A DNA stretch of 64,000 nucleotides, taken from a virus. The notes beneath the pieces are model-generated. The model did no database searches. It was given only the letters and a program-made list of their open reading frames with translations, and was not told where the DNA came from. The position numbers and the translations under genes are program-made. Location: the IMG/VR virus record IMGVR_UViG_3300043688_000007. One strand, written 5' to 3'. This document shows, piece by piece, positions 19,097 to 27,048 of the stretch (the first letter of the stretch is position 1; each line of letters opens with the position of its first letter).

Positions 19097-19893
19097 CTTA
19101 CTCGTGCCCAACCGTCTCGTCGTAGCATGGACACGATTGCGTCTCGCGTATCGTAATAAGCAGTATCGACCCACACCTCATTTTCCCAACAGCCGAACCG
19201 TCCGGTCAATAGCATGTCCGGGTAGCAGTTACAGTTATGGCTGATCGGCTTGTGGATGGTTAGCGGCTCTAGCTCGGGCGGTGCCTCGCCCGACAGCCAT
19301 TCGGTGCACGAGTTGCCGAGTAGCCACGCCGACCGTACCCATGGATACCGATGTCCCGCATTGAAGATAGTAGTATCCTCGGGCTGGTTTGGGTACGAGT
19401 GCCCCATCGTGATCTCGACTGCCTTCGACCGGAACGTATGTCCTTGGTAGCAGAGCTTGTCGAGTGGAGCGGTGTTGATGACTAGGTCGAACTCTTGTAC
19501 CATTATGCTGATGACCTGGGGCGTAACCTCGCCCGTGACATGCGCAGCCCGCCCAGCGCCAGGCTCCATGTATAGCTCCCAGAGCCGGTCGTACGTCTCG
19601 ATCATCTTCCAGCAGTGGTAGCCCTCCTTGAGGATGTTGCCCTGGATGCTGATGTTGATGTCGCCGTACAGCTTGTAGCGGTAGTCGAGGATGGAGCCGT
19701 CGACTACGATCTGCTTGATGTAGCCGTCTGGGTGATCCTGAGTGATAGCCGGGATCGGTCGCTGCAGAACTAGTGGACCACGTTGCGGCGACTTGATGGC
19801 AGGCGAGTAGATAGTAACACCCGCGCAGAGGCCATGCGCTGCATGCGCTGCTGCTAGTCCGGCTGGTCCACAACCGATCACGGCTATCCTCAT
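19093..19893 (-). CDS. FAD/NAD(P)-binding oxidoreductase-like protein
   Basis: N-terminal Rossmann motif MRIAVIGCGPAGLAAAHAA. 266 aa, no closer family recognised. Confidence 0.6.
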   Translation of the reverse strand: MRIAVIGCGPAGLAAAHAAHGLCAGVTIYSPAIKSPQRGPLVLQRPIPAITQDHPDGYIKQIVVDGSILDYRYKLYGDINISIQGNILKEGYHCWKMIETYDRLWELYMEPGAGRAAHVTGEVTPQVISIMVQEFDLVINTAPLDKLCYQGHTFRSKAVEITMGHSYPNQPEDTTIFNAGHRYPWVRSAWLLGNSCTEWLSGEAPPELEPLTIHKPISHNCNCYPDMLLTGRFGCWENEVWVDTAYYDTRDAIVSMLRRDGWARVR

Positions 19894-19978
19894 GATTGAC
19901 CTCTCTGTTGTCTAGCTCGTAGTTCCTGCGCTACCTGATATCGGAGCTTGAGGATCAGAGCCTCGATCCGCAGCTCTG

Positions 19979-21040
19979 CTAGAACGGAGGGTCTTCTCGC
20001 GATCCTCCATCGCGGCCCTTACTGCCGCGCGGACCTGGGGTGCGCTCGGTGGTAGCTGTAGAGCGGCGCGTCCGAGAGCGTTCGCCATCTGCTCGATCGG
20101 TAGCAGCAGGTCGCGTACGACTGGTTCGAGTTGACCGTGAAGAGCTTGAAGACCGGGAGGAAGTGTGGCCACTTCCCTTGCGGGCTGGACGCGCGGGTGG
20201 TTCTTCATCTTCTTCTTGGTCGTCTTCCTCTTCCTCTTCTGCTTCGTCGTCTTCCTCTTCGTCATCTTCGTCCTCGTCTATGTCTTCGTCGTCTTCATCT
20301 TCCTCGGGCTCCGTCTCACGACGGCGGCCAGCCTGGGATGAGCGTCCACGCGCTGACCGTGTAGGGCGAGCTGGCGGCTCGTCCTCTTCATCTTCCTCGT
20401 CCTCGACCTCATCCTCGTCGTCATCTTCGGGCTCTGCACGACGACGGCGCGATGACGTAGGCCGGTTGCCCTCACGCGACGGACGAGCGCGACGGGATGG
20501 ACGCTCATCCTCATCCTCGTCGTCCTCATCTTCGTCCTCTTCATTAAGAGGCATCCAGCCTTCGCGGTCTGGCTTGGCCCTCAGCTCGTCCGGGTCGTAG
20601 CGGTCGCGGACGACGGCGACCCTGCAGAGAGCGTCGTCGCTGCCGACCTCCCATGGACCGATCGAATTGATGACATCGCCGATCTTGTCGGGGTCAGGTT
20701 CGACATCGATTCTCTTGAACACGTCATCGACCGTAAGGCCGAATGTCTGGAGGAAGTTTTGGTACCGGAATGCGGCGTCCGGGTTGAACGTGAGGTAATC
20801 GCGGATCGGCAGCCCGTTGAACTGAGCGAGCTGCCCCTTGTTCTGCTCTGCGATGGCGACGACGAGAATCTGCGGGTCGCCCTGGTTGGACTGCTTCCAC
20901 CACATCCTCGTGACGCGGAAGATGAGGACGGTGCCGTTGCGAGGAATCTCGCCGGTGTACCTCTTGAACTTGCTGGGCTCGACCTTGACGTCAAGCTTCC
21001 TGGTGTTGAACTCGTCCTTGGTGAGCTTGAGTCGGACCAT
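19979..21040 (-). CDS. ssDNA-binding protein-like (phage gp2.5-type position) with long alternating acidic/Arg-rich tail
   Basis: Sits next to the Sak4-like ATPase and Cas4-like exonuclease (recombination module). ~170-aa globular N domain, then poly-D/E blocks alternating with PPARP-R-rich blocks. Ends ...EDPPF (acidic tip with terminal aromatic residue, as in SSB tails). Confidence 0.5.
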   Translation of the reverse strand: MVRLKLTKDEFNTRKLDVKVEPSKFKRYTGEIPRNGTVLIFRVTRMWWKQSNQGDPQILVVAIAEQNKGQLAQFNGLPIRDYLTFNPDAAFRYQNFLQTFGLTVDDVFKRIDVEPDPDKIGDVINSIGPWEVGSDDALCRVAVVRDRYDPDELRAKPDREGWMPLNEEDEDEDDEDEDERPSRRARPSREGNRPTSSRRRRAEPEDDDEDEVEDEEDEEDEPPARPTRSARGRSSQAGRRRETEPEEDEDDEDIDEDEDDEEEDDEAEEEEEDDQEEDEEPPARPARKGSGHTSSRSSSSSRSTRTSRTRPAATDRADGERSRTRRSTATTERTPGPRGSKGRDGGSREDPPF

Positions 21041-21058
21041 TGTCCGTGTCCCTCCTAG

Positions 21059-21940
21059 TTACTTGCCTGCCTTCGCTGCCTTGCGATCCTCGGGCGCTGT
21101 GGCCTCGATGGACTCGATCATGTCTACGATTGCGTCGTAATAGCCGTCATCCTCCTCACCGTCTGGTATGGTCTCCCACCGAGGCAGGACGTTGAACCTG
21201 TCCTTGGCGAAGTACGGCGGGAACGTGTCGTTGTAGATGATGACCTCGCGCGGATCGTCCGGGCTGGTGCGCTTCTTGGCCTTCAGATACGACACGATGT
21301 CGAGGTCCGCGCAGAAGTTCTGCGCCATGGCGTAGTCCTTGCCGACGATGTTCGGCAGAACAAGGTCTTCTCCCTCTTCGTCTTCCTTGCGCATGGCCGT
21401 GGCGACGAAGAGAGTGTTGTACGGAGCGTCGACGAGGTGGTTGACGAACCGCAGGAACATACGCTGCCACTTCTGGTAGTCCTGCAGCTGCATGATGTCG
21501 ATGTCCCGCGCGGCGTTATCGTCATGCTGGATGCCGAGCCACCAGTACGCGAGCAGCTCCTGCATCTTCGTGATGCTGTCGATGACGAGCGTGTCTTTCG
21601 GCTTCAAGTTTGCATCGGCCCACTCGATGCTGGCCTCGACGTGATCCCAGTTGGGTGCTCGGAGTAGCTTGGCTCTGGCGCCGACTCGCCTTGCAGACAC
21701 GACGCCCTTCTCGGTACTGAGGATATAAGCGCGCGGGGCGAATGCCGATAGTACCGTCTTGCCGACTCCGCTGTTACCGTACAGACACCAGTTCCACGAC
21801 TCGTTGAAGTCGCTGAGTTCCTCGACCTTGACTGTGATTCTAGGCCGTTCACGCACCGCCCGCAGCTGCGTCACGTTATCGCTACTCTGCCTCGGCTTGC
21901 GCTGTGTTTGCCGTGGCGCTGACGGTCGCCTTGCTGCCAT
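21059..21940 (-). CDS. RecA-fold AAA ATPase (Sak4-like recombination protein)
   Basis: Walker A GNSGVGKT, DSITK Walker B-like region. Position between exonuclease and SSB. Confidence 0.7.
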   Translation of the reverse strand: MAARRPSAPRQTQRKPRQSSDNVTQLRAVRERPRITVKVEELSDFNESWNWCLYGNSGVGKTVLSAFAPRAYILSTEKGVVSARRVGARAKLLRAPNWDHVEASIEWADANLKPKDTLVIDSITKMQELLAYWWLGIQHDDNAARDIDIMQLQDYQKWQRMFLRFVNHLVDAPYNTLFVATAMRKEDEEGEDLVLPNIVGKDYAMAQNFCADLDIVSYLKAKKRTSPDDPREVIIYNDTFPPYFAKDRFNVLPRWETIPDGEEDDGYYDAIVDMIESIEATAPEDRKAAKAGK

Positions 21941-21955
21941 GTCCTGCCTGCCTTC

Positions 21956-22945
21956 CTATTCTGCCGCCGACTTGCGGAGTGGTGACGGCTCGGATACTGT
22001 GTACATCGCTCTGAGGTATTCTTTCCATGCGCTACCTCCGCGCTCATGCATAGTGCACGGAGTGAAGAACGGGCAGTATGGGCACATGTCAGTCTCGACC
22101 TTGGTGACTGGTAGCTCGCCGTTGCGTACCTTGTTCATGATGTACACCTTGTCGGCAATCTTCCGCAGCTGGTTATTAACCTCGCGCGGAGTACGGTCAA
22201 CGAACTCACGGAGGAATCGCCTGGAGCCCTGGCTCTTGCTTACGCCACCGTCCTTGTTGAGATAGCGGCCCGCATAATCTCGCTCGCGAGTATCGGGCAT
22301 AGCCTTGCGCAGGAAGTTATACATGACGGCGTCGATCGCGTCCTTGCTGCCGATTATGCCCTGGTGCCTAAGTACAATTGTTGCGGCCGCGAAGTAGGAG
22401 CCCGCCTGATTGTCGAGCCCGAGGTGCATGGTCTTGATCGCCCCGGCCGTCTTGTGCTCTAGGAGGATCATCATGTTGTGAAAATGATGAATGCCGACGC
22501 CATCGAAGATACCGATGAAAATCGCAATGACTCTGCCATCGCGTATTATCTCTAGCTCAAACGGCTGCTCGATGGCTAGTATCTCTATGTCCTGATCTTG
22601 GCCGTATTCTTCGACATAGCCAATCAGCATGGCCTCGCCTAGCTCGCCAGCCTCCTCATAGACGGGCTGCTCAAACCAGTCCCGGTCATGGTCAGCGTAG
22701 TTAGCCTTGATGTACCTGATCTCGTTGCCGACCCATTCTCGCCATGTCTTGTCAGGACGCGGCCCACGCTCGAAACCCTCGTCATACCAGAGCGCGAGGG
22801 CCTCATGGATACCCTGCCCGAACCATAGCGCGTCCGCTGGCTTGGCCCTGGGACGGTAGCCATCAACGTACGCCCATTTCCAACGCCAGGGACAACGCGC
22901 AAACGTATTCAGCTCACTGTTGCTGACTATAGGTACATCACTCAA
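21956..22945 (-). CDS. PD-(D/E)XK exonuclease, Cas4/RecB-like with Fe-S cysteines
   Basis: N-terminal ELNTFARCPWRWKW plus C-terminal CPYCPFFTPC give the four-Cys pattern of Cas4/AddB-type nucleases. Confidence 0.8.
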   Translation of the reverse strand: MSDVPIVSNSELNTFARCPWRWKWAYVDGYRPRAKPADALWFGQGIHEALALWYDEGFERGPRPDKTWREWVGNEIRYIKANYADHDRDWFEQPVYEEAGELGEAMLIGYVEEYGQDQDIEILAIEQPFELEIIRDGRVIAIFIGIFDGVGIHHFHNMMILLEHKTAGAIKTMHLGLDNQAGSYFAAATIVLRHQGIIGSKDAIDAVMYNFLRKAMPDTRERDYAGRYLNKDGGVSKSQGSRRFLREFVDRTPREVNNQLRKIADKVYIMNKVRNGELPVTKVETDMCPYCPFFTPCTMHERGGSAWKEYLRAMYTVSEPSPLRKSAAE

Positions 22946-22981
22946 CTGCTTAACTCCTGCCTGATAATCCGCCCTATCCCT

Positions 22982-23011
22982 AGTCTACCGTACGGACGCG
23001 CGAAAGTCTAC
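22982..23011 (-). promoter_or_regulatory. Promoter-like element GTAGAC-N18-TAGACT with CGTACGG extended -10 (class I)
   Basis: On the - strand: GGTAGACTTTCGCGCGTCCGTACGGTAGACT, upstream of the exonuclease operon. Confidence 0.45.
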
Positions 23012-23029
23012 CCGTTTCTAGAAATGCGG

Positions 23030-23066
23030 ATGGGCCCGGTGCATCCCCACGTAGCACCGGGCCCAT
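23030..23066 (-). terminator. 13-bp perfect hairpin downstream of secreted-protein gene
   Basis: atgggcccggtgc-(11 nt)-gcaccgggcccat. Confidence 0.6.
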
Positions 23067-23100
23067 GCCCCCGAGACAGGTCTCATAAATAGGGCGCGGA

Positions 23101-23126
23101 GCGGACAGGCAGGTCGAGCTGTCCGC
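23101..23126 (-). terminator. 8-bp GC hairpin downstream of secreted-protein gene
   Basis: gcggacag-(10 nt)-ctgtccgc. Confidence 0.45.
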
Positions 23127-23156
23127 CCCGCGCGTACGGGAGCTGATCGAGCTAGA

Positions 23157-23912
23157 TCAGCTGGTGGTAGGCGCCACGGTTACGGGCGCGGTCGGGCTGA
23201 CGGTGTCACCGTTGGTTGGGTTGACAGTTGGCGCCCACGGCTTGACGACGGGCAAGGTTCGCACCAGGTTGGCGCGGCCCTGAACGTTGAAGTCGACCAG
23301 GGTAGGCGTGCACGGCAGCAGGTTGAGGTTGCCATTCAGGATGCGCTGGAGCCTCAGGAATGGGACGAACTGGAATGGGCAGACCTGGTGGAATCCGCGC
23401 CCGAGGAACGGCAGGGAGATCATCGCGTTGAGGGTGTAGTGGCCGGGGTTGAAGAGACGGGTGCGCAGTCCGGTCGCGATGCCGGTGCCGTTGATGACGG
23501 CGAACCTGCTGTGCTGCTCGACCGTGAGTGTGCAGGAGCGGAGATCGACGTTGATGTCACCTGCTGGGATTAGCGGGTGCCGGAGCGTGATGCTGTTGCC
23601 GCCGAGGAAGAACCTGCTGATGAACGGGTTGGTCAGGGTGTCGTCGTTCCTCCACGCCTGGAATGCCAGTACGCCGGAGCCGTCGACACGATTGACGAGC
23701 GTCGGGGTGGCTGTGCCGATGCTCGACTCCTGCAGGTCAAAGCTCCAGGGCGCGGCGACCGGCCTGGGATTGGGCTGACAGTTCTGCCAGCAGGTGTTGG
23801 TAGGAGTAGGCGTTGGATTCCCGCCCGTGGTGGCGGCGCTAGCTGTAGCCGCACCTCCCGCGAGAAACAGCCCTGTCGCGAGCGCTACTCCCGCAACGAT
23901 GCGCTTGGACAT
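23157..23912 (-). CDS. Secreted protein (signal peptide, Pro/Thr linkers), moron-like
   Basis: Start MSKRIVAGVALATGLFLAGGAATASA (Sec-type signal, AxA site) after GGAAGGGA. PT-rich segments at both ends. Own promoter-like box and two downstream hairpins. Confidence 0.65.
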   Translation of the reverse strand: MSKRIVAGVALATGLFLAGGAATASAATTGGNPTPTPTNTCWQNCQPNPRPVAAPWSFDLQESSIGTATPTLVNRVDGSGVLAFQAWRNDDTLTNPFISRFFLGGNSITLRHPLIPAGDINVDLRSCTLTVEQHSRFAVINGTGIATGLRTRLFNPGHYTLNAMISLPFLGRGFHQVCPFQFVPFLRLQRILNGNLNLLPCTPTLVDFNVQGRANLVRTLPVVKPWAPTVNPTNGDTVSPTAPVTVAPTTS

Positions 23913-24010
23913 GATAGTCCCTTCCGTGCAGGCGAGGGAGACTTTCCCCCACATGGGATTACGACGCCTAGCCTACCTGGGAGGTTTACCCGGCAGAGAA
24001 ACCGTAAGGA

Positions 24011-24619
24011 CTATAACGGTCGGGTAACGGCCATAGCCTTTGCGGGCTCACGGGTACTGCGGCCGTAGTCGCATGGCTTAATCCATACGCCCCGGAAGCC
24101 TGCGCGGAATAGGCACGGCCAACCGTATGGCTTGCGCGCCGTGAACGTCGACATTAGCACTGCGCCGGGTCGCATCTGTTCCTGGACGAGCTGCTCCCAT
24201 TGACGTTCCTTGATGTCATTCTTGAACGGACGCGCAGTGAACACGATGTCAGGGACGACCCAGCTGGGCTGGTTATCGAAGTCGCTGAGGTCGCGCTTCT
24301 CGCAGTGGACACCTAGCTTGGTCGCGGCCTCGATGTACTCATCGAATAGCTCGAAGCCGTATGCTGCTAGTCCGTGCTGCTCGGCCCACTTGAGCTTGGT
24401 GCCGATGCCGCTACCGGCCTCCCAGATTGAGAGTGGCTCATGGATGTTAGAGTCGATAGTCCTGTAGTAGTTGATCGCAATGTCAAGCATCTGCGCCCAG
24501 TCATAGATATCGGACGGGCTCCAGCGCCATACATCAGGATCGGGCGTGCGGCCATGCTCCCGCTTGAGCTGGATGTCTTCCAGGCGGAACAGCTCATCCA
24601 GGGTATAAGTCCTCGTCAA
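24011..24619 (-). CDS. Class I SAM-dependent methyltransferase
   Basis: TTG start after GAAGGGGA (the long listed ORF overlaps the upstream gene). Motif I IWEAGSGIGTK...GFELFDEY. Confidence 0.65.
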   Translation of the reverse strand: MTRTYTLDELFRLEDIQLKREHGRTPDPDVWRWSPSDIYDWAQMLDIAINYYRTIDSNIHEPLSIWEAGSGIGTKLKWAEQHGLAAYGFELFDEYIEAATKLGVHCEKRDLSDFDNQPSWVVPDIVFTARPFKNDIKERQWEQLVQEQMRPGAVLMSTFTARKPYGWPCLFRAGFRGVWIKPCDYGRSTREPAKAMAVTRPL

Positions 24620-24881
24620 TGCAGTCGTCCCCTTCTTTTGACGGTATCCACGGCTTGAATACTGCGGTCGGTTCGATAACGTCGGGCTCCAATCTATCGG
24701 GCGGCGCGTAGGACGCGGGGATAACGACGCGGCCGGATAGGATAACCCCGCTAGGATCGGACGCGTCAGGCTCGCATCCGAAGAGTATGAACGTGGAGTC
24801 GGGGTGGTCCGCGCCGGCATCCTCCGCGCGACGCTTTGGCCGGTCTGACCAGCTAAGCATAATGACTCTTTCGCTTGGCAT
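24594..24881 (-). CDS. Hypothetical protein
   Basis: 95 aa, coding-like composition. First gene after the long-range inverted repeat at 24892-24959. Confidence 0.5.
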   Translation of the reverse strand: MPSERVIMLSWSDRPKRRAEDAGADHPDSTFILFGCEPDASDPSGVILSGRVVIPASYAPPDRLEPDVIEPTAVFKPWIPSKEGDDCIDEDLYPG

Positions 24882-24891
24882 CTAGAAATGG

Positions 24892-24959
24892 GGAACCCCG
24901 GCCCAGCAGTTCTTCGGGAGGCGCGAATTCAGAGAGCCTCACCACTGGACCGGGGTTCC
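24892..24959 (-). other. 10-bp inverted repeat with 48-nt loop downstream of 25019 gene
   Basis: ggaaccccgg ... ccggggttcc. Preceded by TCTAGAAATG, which also precedes the hairpin at 23030. Confidence 0.35.
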
Positions 24960-25018
24960 GGCATTGCGGCCCGCGCTAGCGGGTAGGTGTGCGCTTGGCG
25001 CGGGCCGCTGGACTACCG

Positions 25019-25711
25019 CTAGTAGGGAGCGGCACCGCCCGAGGCAGCGGCCGACTTGCCGCCGCGCCGCGAACGACGCGGGGGTGCAGGGGCCTCTTCC
25101 TCGATGTCGGCGTCGGATTCCGCGTTCCTCTTGGCGGCAGCCCCGCCTCGACGTGACCGGCGCGCGGGCTTGGCAGGAGCCTCTTCAGGCTCTTCCTCAA
25201 CCTCGACGTCAGCCTCGTCCTCGATGTCCTCGTCCTCTTCCTCGTCGATGTCCTCCGGCTCGGGCTCGGGCTTGGCCTTACGCCCGCCACGACGGCCGCT
25301 GCGCGGAGCCGGAGTCTCTTCGGCCTGTGCAGCCGCTCGCCTTGACGCCCGACCGGAGCGTCGCGGAGCTGGTGCCTCCTCTTCCTCATCCTCTTCCTCC
25401 GCGACCTTGTTCTTGCGGTTGCGGGGGTCCTCGGCCCAGAACTTCGACCGCTGGAAGTCCATCCGGATGGAGCCGCCGAGAGCAATCCCCTTGCGAAGGG
25501 ACTCCTCATCGAGGTCACCGATGTCGCCTTCGTACACCTCTTCGATGATGAAGTCGCCGAAGGCGTCCATCGTGCCGGTGATCTCCTTGTCGGCATACGC
25601 CGTGAAGTCCTTGCCCTCGCCGTTCTGGCTGGCGCGGGTTGCCTGCTCTTCCTCTTCGGGCTCGGGTGCTGAGCGGCGGGTGGACCTCGTGGCACGGGCT
25701 CGTGCTGGCAT
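25019..25711 (-). CDS. Paralog A of a two-member family (N-terminal conserved domain + alternating acidic/basic disordered tail)
   Basis: FTAYADKEITGTMDAFGDFIIEEVYEGDIGDLDEESLRKGIALGGSIRMDFQRSKFWAEDPRN is roughly 50% identical by eye to residues of 48198..48599. The tail has four [acidic run]-APAP-RR-rich units. Confidence 0.6.
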   Translation of the reverse strand: MPARARATRSTRRSAPEPEEEEQATRASQNGEGKDFTAYADKEITGTMDAFGDFIIEEVYEGDIGDLDEESLRKGIALGGSIRMDFQRSKFWAEDPRNRKNKVAEEEDEEEEAPAPRRSGRASRRAAAQAEETPAPRSGRRGGRKAKPEPEPEDIDEEEDEDIEDEADVEVEEEPEEAPAKPARRSRRGGAAAKRNAESDADIEEEAPAPPRRSRRGGKSAAASGGAAPY

Positions 25712-25750
25712 TTTCCCTCCTTGGTGGGTTTTCCTCTGCCTATAGTTCGG

Positions 25751-25780
25751 AGTCTAGCGTACGTTCGGGCAGAACGCTAG
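25751..25780 (-). promoter_or_regulatory. Promoter-like element TCTAGC-N18-TAGACT (class I)
   Basis: On the - strand: GGTCTAGCGTTCTGCCCGAACGTACGCTAGACT. Flanked by the 8-bp inverted repeat GTCTAGCG/CGCTAGAC. Confidence 0.4.
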
Positions 25781-25783
25781 ACC

Positions 25784-26047
25784 TCATTCGTAGAAATCTT
25801 CGACGGCGCGATGCAGGATGCGAGCTGCCTGCTTGAGGTAGCCCGGCTTGGGGACAGCGATCCCGGCCATCCAGCGTCCGACCGCCTCGTGGCTAGCGCC
25901 CATCACGTTCGCCAGCTTCTCGGGAGTCATCCCGTTGGCGTCGTGCTCGTCGAGCATGGCTTCGCAGAACGCGACCCATGAGAACGACTCGACGCCACCC
26001 TCATCGAGGTCGCGGTGCGCCCGCCTGGTTTGAGTAGGCACGGTCAT
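25784..26047 (-). CDS. Helix-turn-helix DNA-binding protein (XRE-like)
   Basis: MTPEKLANVMGASHEAVGRWMAG has an HTH pattern. 87 aa. Confidence 0.7.
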   Translation of the reverse strand: MTVPTQTRRAHRDLDEGGVESFSWVAFCEAMLDEHDANGMTPEKLANVMGASHEAVGRWMAGIAVPKPGYLKQAARILHRAVEDFYE

Positions 26048-26814
26048 TCGTCACCTCCCTCCTTGTCATCTTCGTCCTTGTCCTCTTCCTTGTCCTTGTT
26101 CTCATCGTCCGAGAACAGGCTGGCAAGGAACTGGTCGGCTTCATCGCCGACGGACCCGATCTTGTCATCAGACACCGCCGGCATCTGGCCGATGGCCTCG
26201 CGGTAGTCCTCGGGGTTGATCGAGTGAGGCTTGAGCAGCGGCACCTGGTATAGCTCAGCGATCTGCTCCAGGTGCGCGTGCGATAGTGAGAACACTTCGT
26301 CGATAGCGAGGATAGCCGCAACCCGCGCGTAGCGGGCGCGGAACCCCTGAGTTGCGGGAATGACCCTGCCACCCATCTCGACAATGCCGAGGACCGGGCC
26401 GCGAATGGCCACGCCGAGGTAGACCTCGTTGCCGAGATAGCTGTTGATGACCTTGAGTTCGGTCGTCGCGTAGATACCGCAGGTGCAGTCCTGCCCCGGA
26501 ATCTTGCCGTGCTCCGGGATAGCCTCCGCGCCAGCTCCGCGTACGCCGCAGTGAGCGACGAGCGGCGTTGCGATCGGCCAGCCATTCTGGCCTTCCTCAT
26601 CGGCAAGGTGCCGGTGAATCCAGCCGATCTTCCTGACGTTCTGGCCGCTACCTCCGGCCTTGCCGGTAAGGTTCGGCGCGTTGATGCTGAGGAGCTTGTT
26701 GCCCTCGCTCAGGCGCCAGGTGCGGAACGCGAGCGCCGTCTGCGGTACGTCCGGCACCACGATGCCGTCAGGACCGATGTCGTCGCCCGGCCCATCTCCG
26801 ATGTGGTCAGCCAC
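26044..26814 (-). CDS. Hypothetical protein with acidic C-terminal tail
   Basis: GTG start. 256 aa, globular. No family recognised. Confidence 0.6.
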   Translation of the reverse strand: MADHIGDGPGDDIGPDGIVVPDVPQTALAFRTWRLSEGNKLLSINAPNLTGKAGGSGQNVRKIGWIHRHLADEEGQNGWPIATPLVAHCGVRGAGAEAIPEHGKIPGQDCTCGIYATTELKVINSYLGNEVYLGVAIRGPVLGIVEMGGRVIPATQGFRARYARVAAILAIDEVFSLSHAHLEQIAELYQVPLLKPHSINPEDYREAIGQMPAVSDDKIGSVGDEADQFLASLFSDDENKDKEEDKDEDDKEGGDE

Positions 26815-26959
26815 GGATGATCAGCACCTTCTCGTACTCGGCGTGCGCGGGCTCCTTGACGGGCTCGACCACGGGCGCGGGCTCACGGATGGGCTGCTCC
26901 TTGCCGGGAGCGAGCGGCATTGGCATCTCGACAGCTTCCTCTTCTTCCCCAATATTCAT
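26807..26959 (-). CDS. Small acidic protein (50 aa; below ORF-track cutoff)
   Basis: MNIGEEEEAVEMPMPLAPGKEQPIREPAPVVEPVKEPAHAEYEKVLIIRG. AAGGGGA RBS. 8-nt overlap with the downstream GTG start. Confidence 0.45.
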   Translation of the reverse strand: MNIGEEEEAVEMPMPLAPGKEQPIREPAPVVEPVKEPAHAEYEKVLIIRG

Positions 26960-26983
26960 CTTACGATTTCCCCTTGAACTATT

Positions 26984-27048
26984 CGATAGTTTAGATAGTA
27001 CGTTCGGCCGTTAGACCGTACCCGCCGCGCGGGTACTATCTTAACGAG
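26984..27048. promoter_or_regulatory. Inverted pair of 17-mer operator-like motifs
   Basis: cgatagtttagatagtac (26984-27001) and gtactatcttaacgag (27033-27048) face each other across ~31 bp, in the leader of the 26959 operon. Confidence 0.5.

Noticed and set aside
20040-20600. 186-aa + strand poly-Ser ORF (and 25056..25745, Ser-rich, 229 aa)
   Set aside because: These are mirror-strand readings of the GA(C/G/A)-rich acidic tails of the SSB-like and paralog A genes. They are low-complexity artefacts.
25784-26047. Temperate lifestyle module (repressor + integrase)
   Set aside because: An XRE-like HTH exists, but no integrase, recombinase, excisionase or attP-like site was found in 64 kb. The HTH is better explained as an operon regulator. 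An integrase in the unseen ~6-7 kb between the capsid and tape measure genes is unlikely but not excluded.
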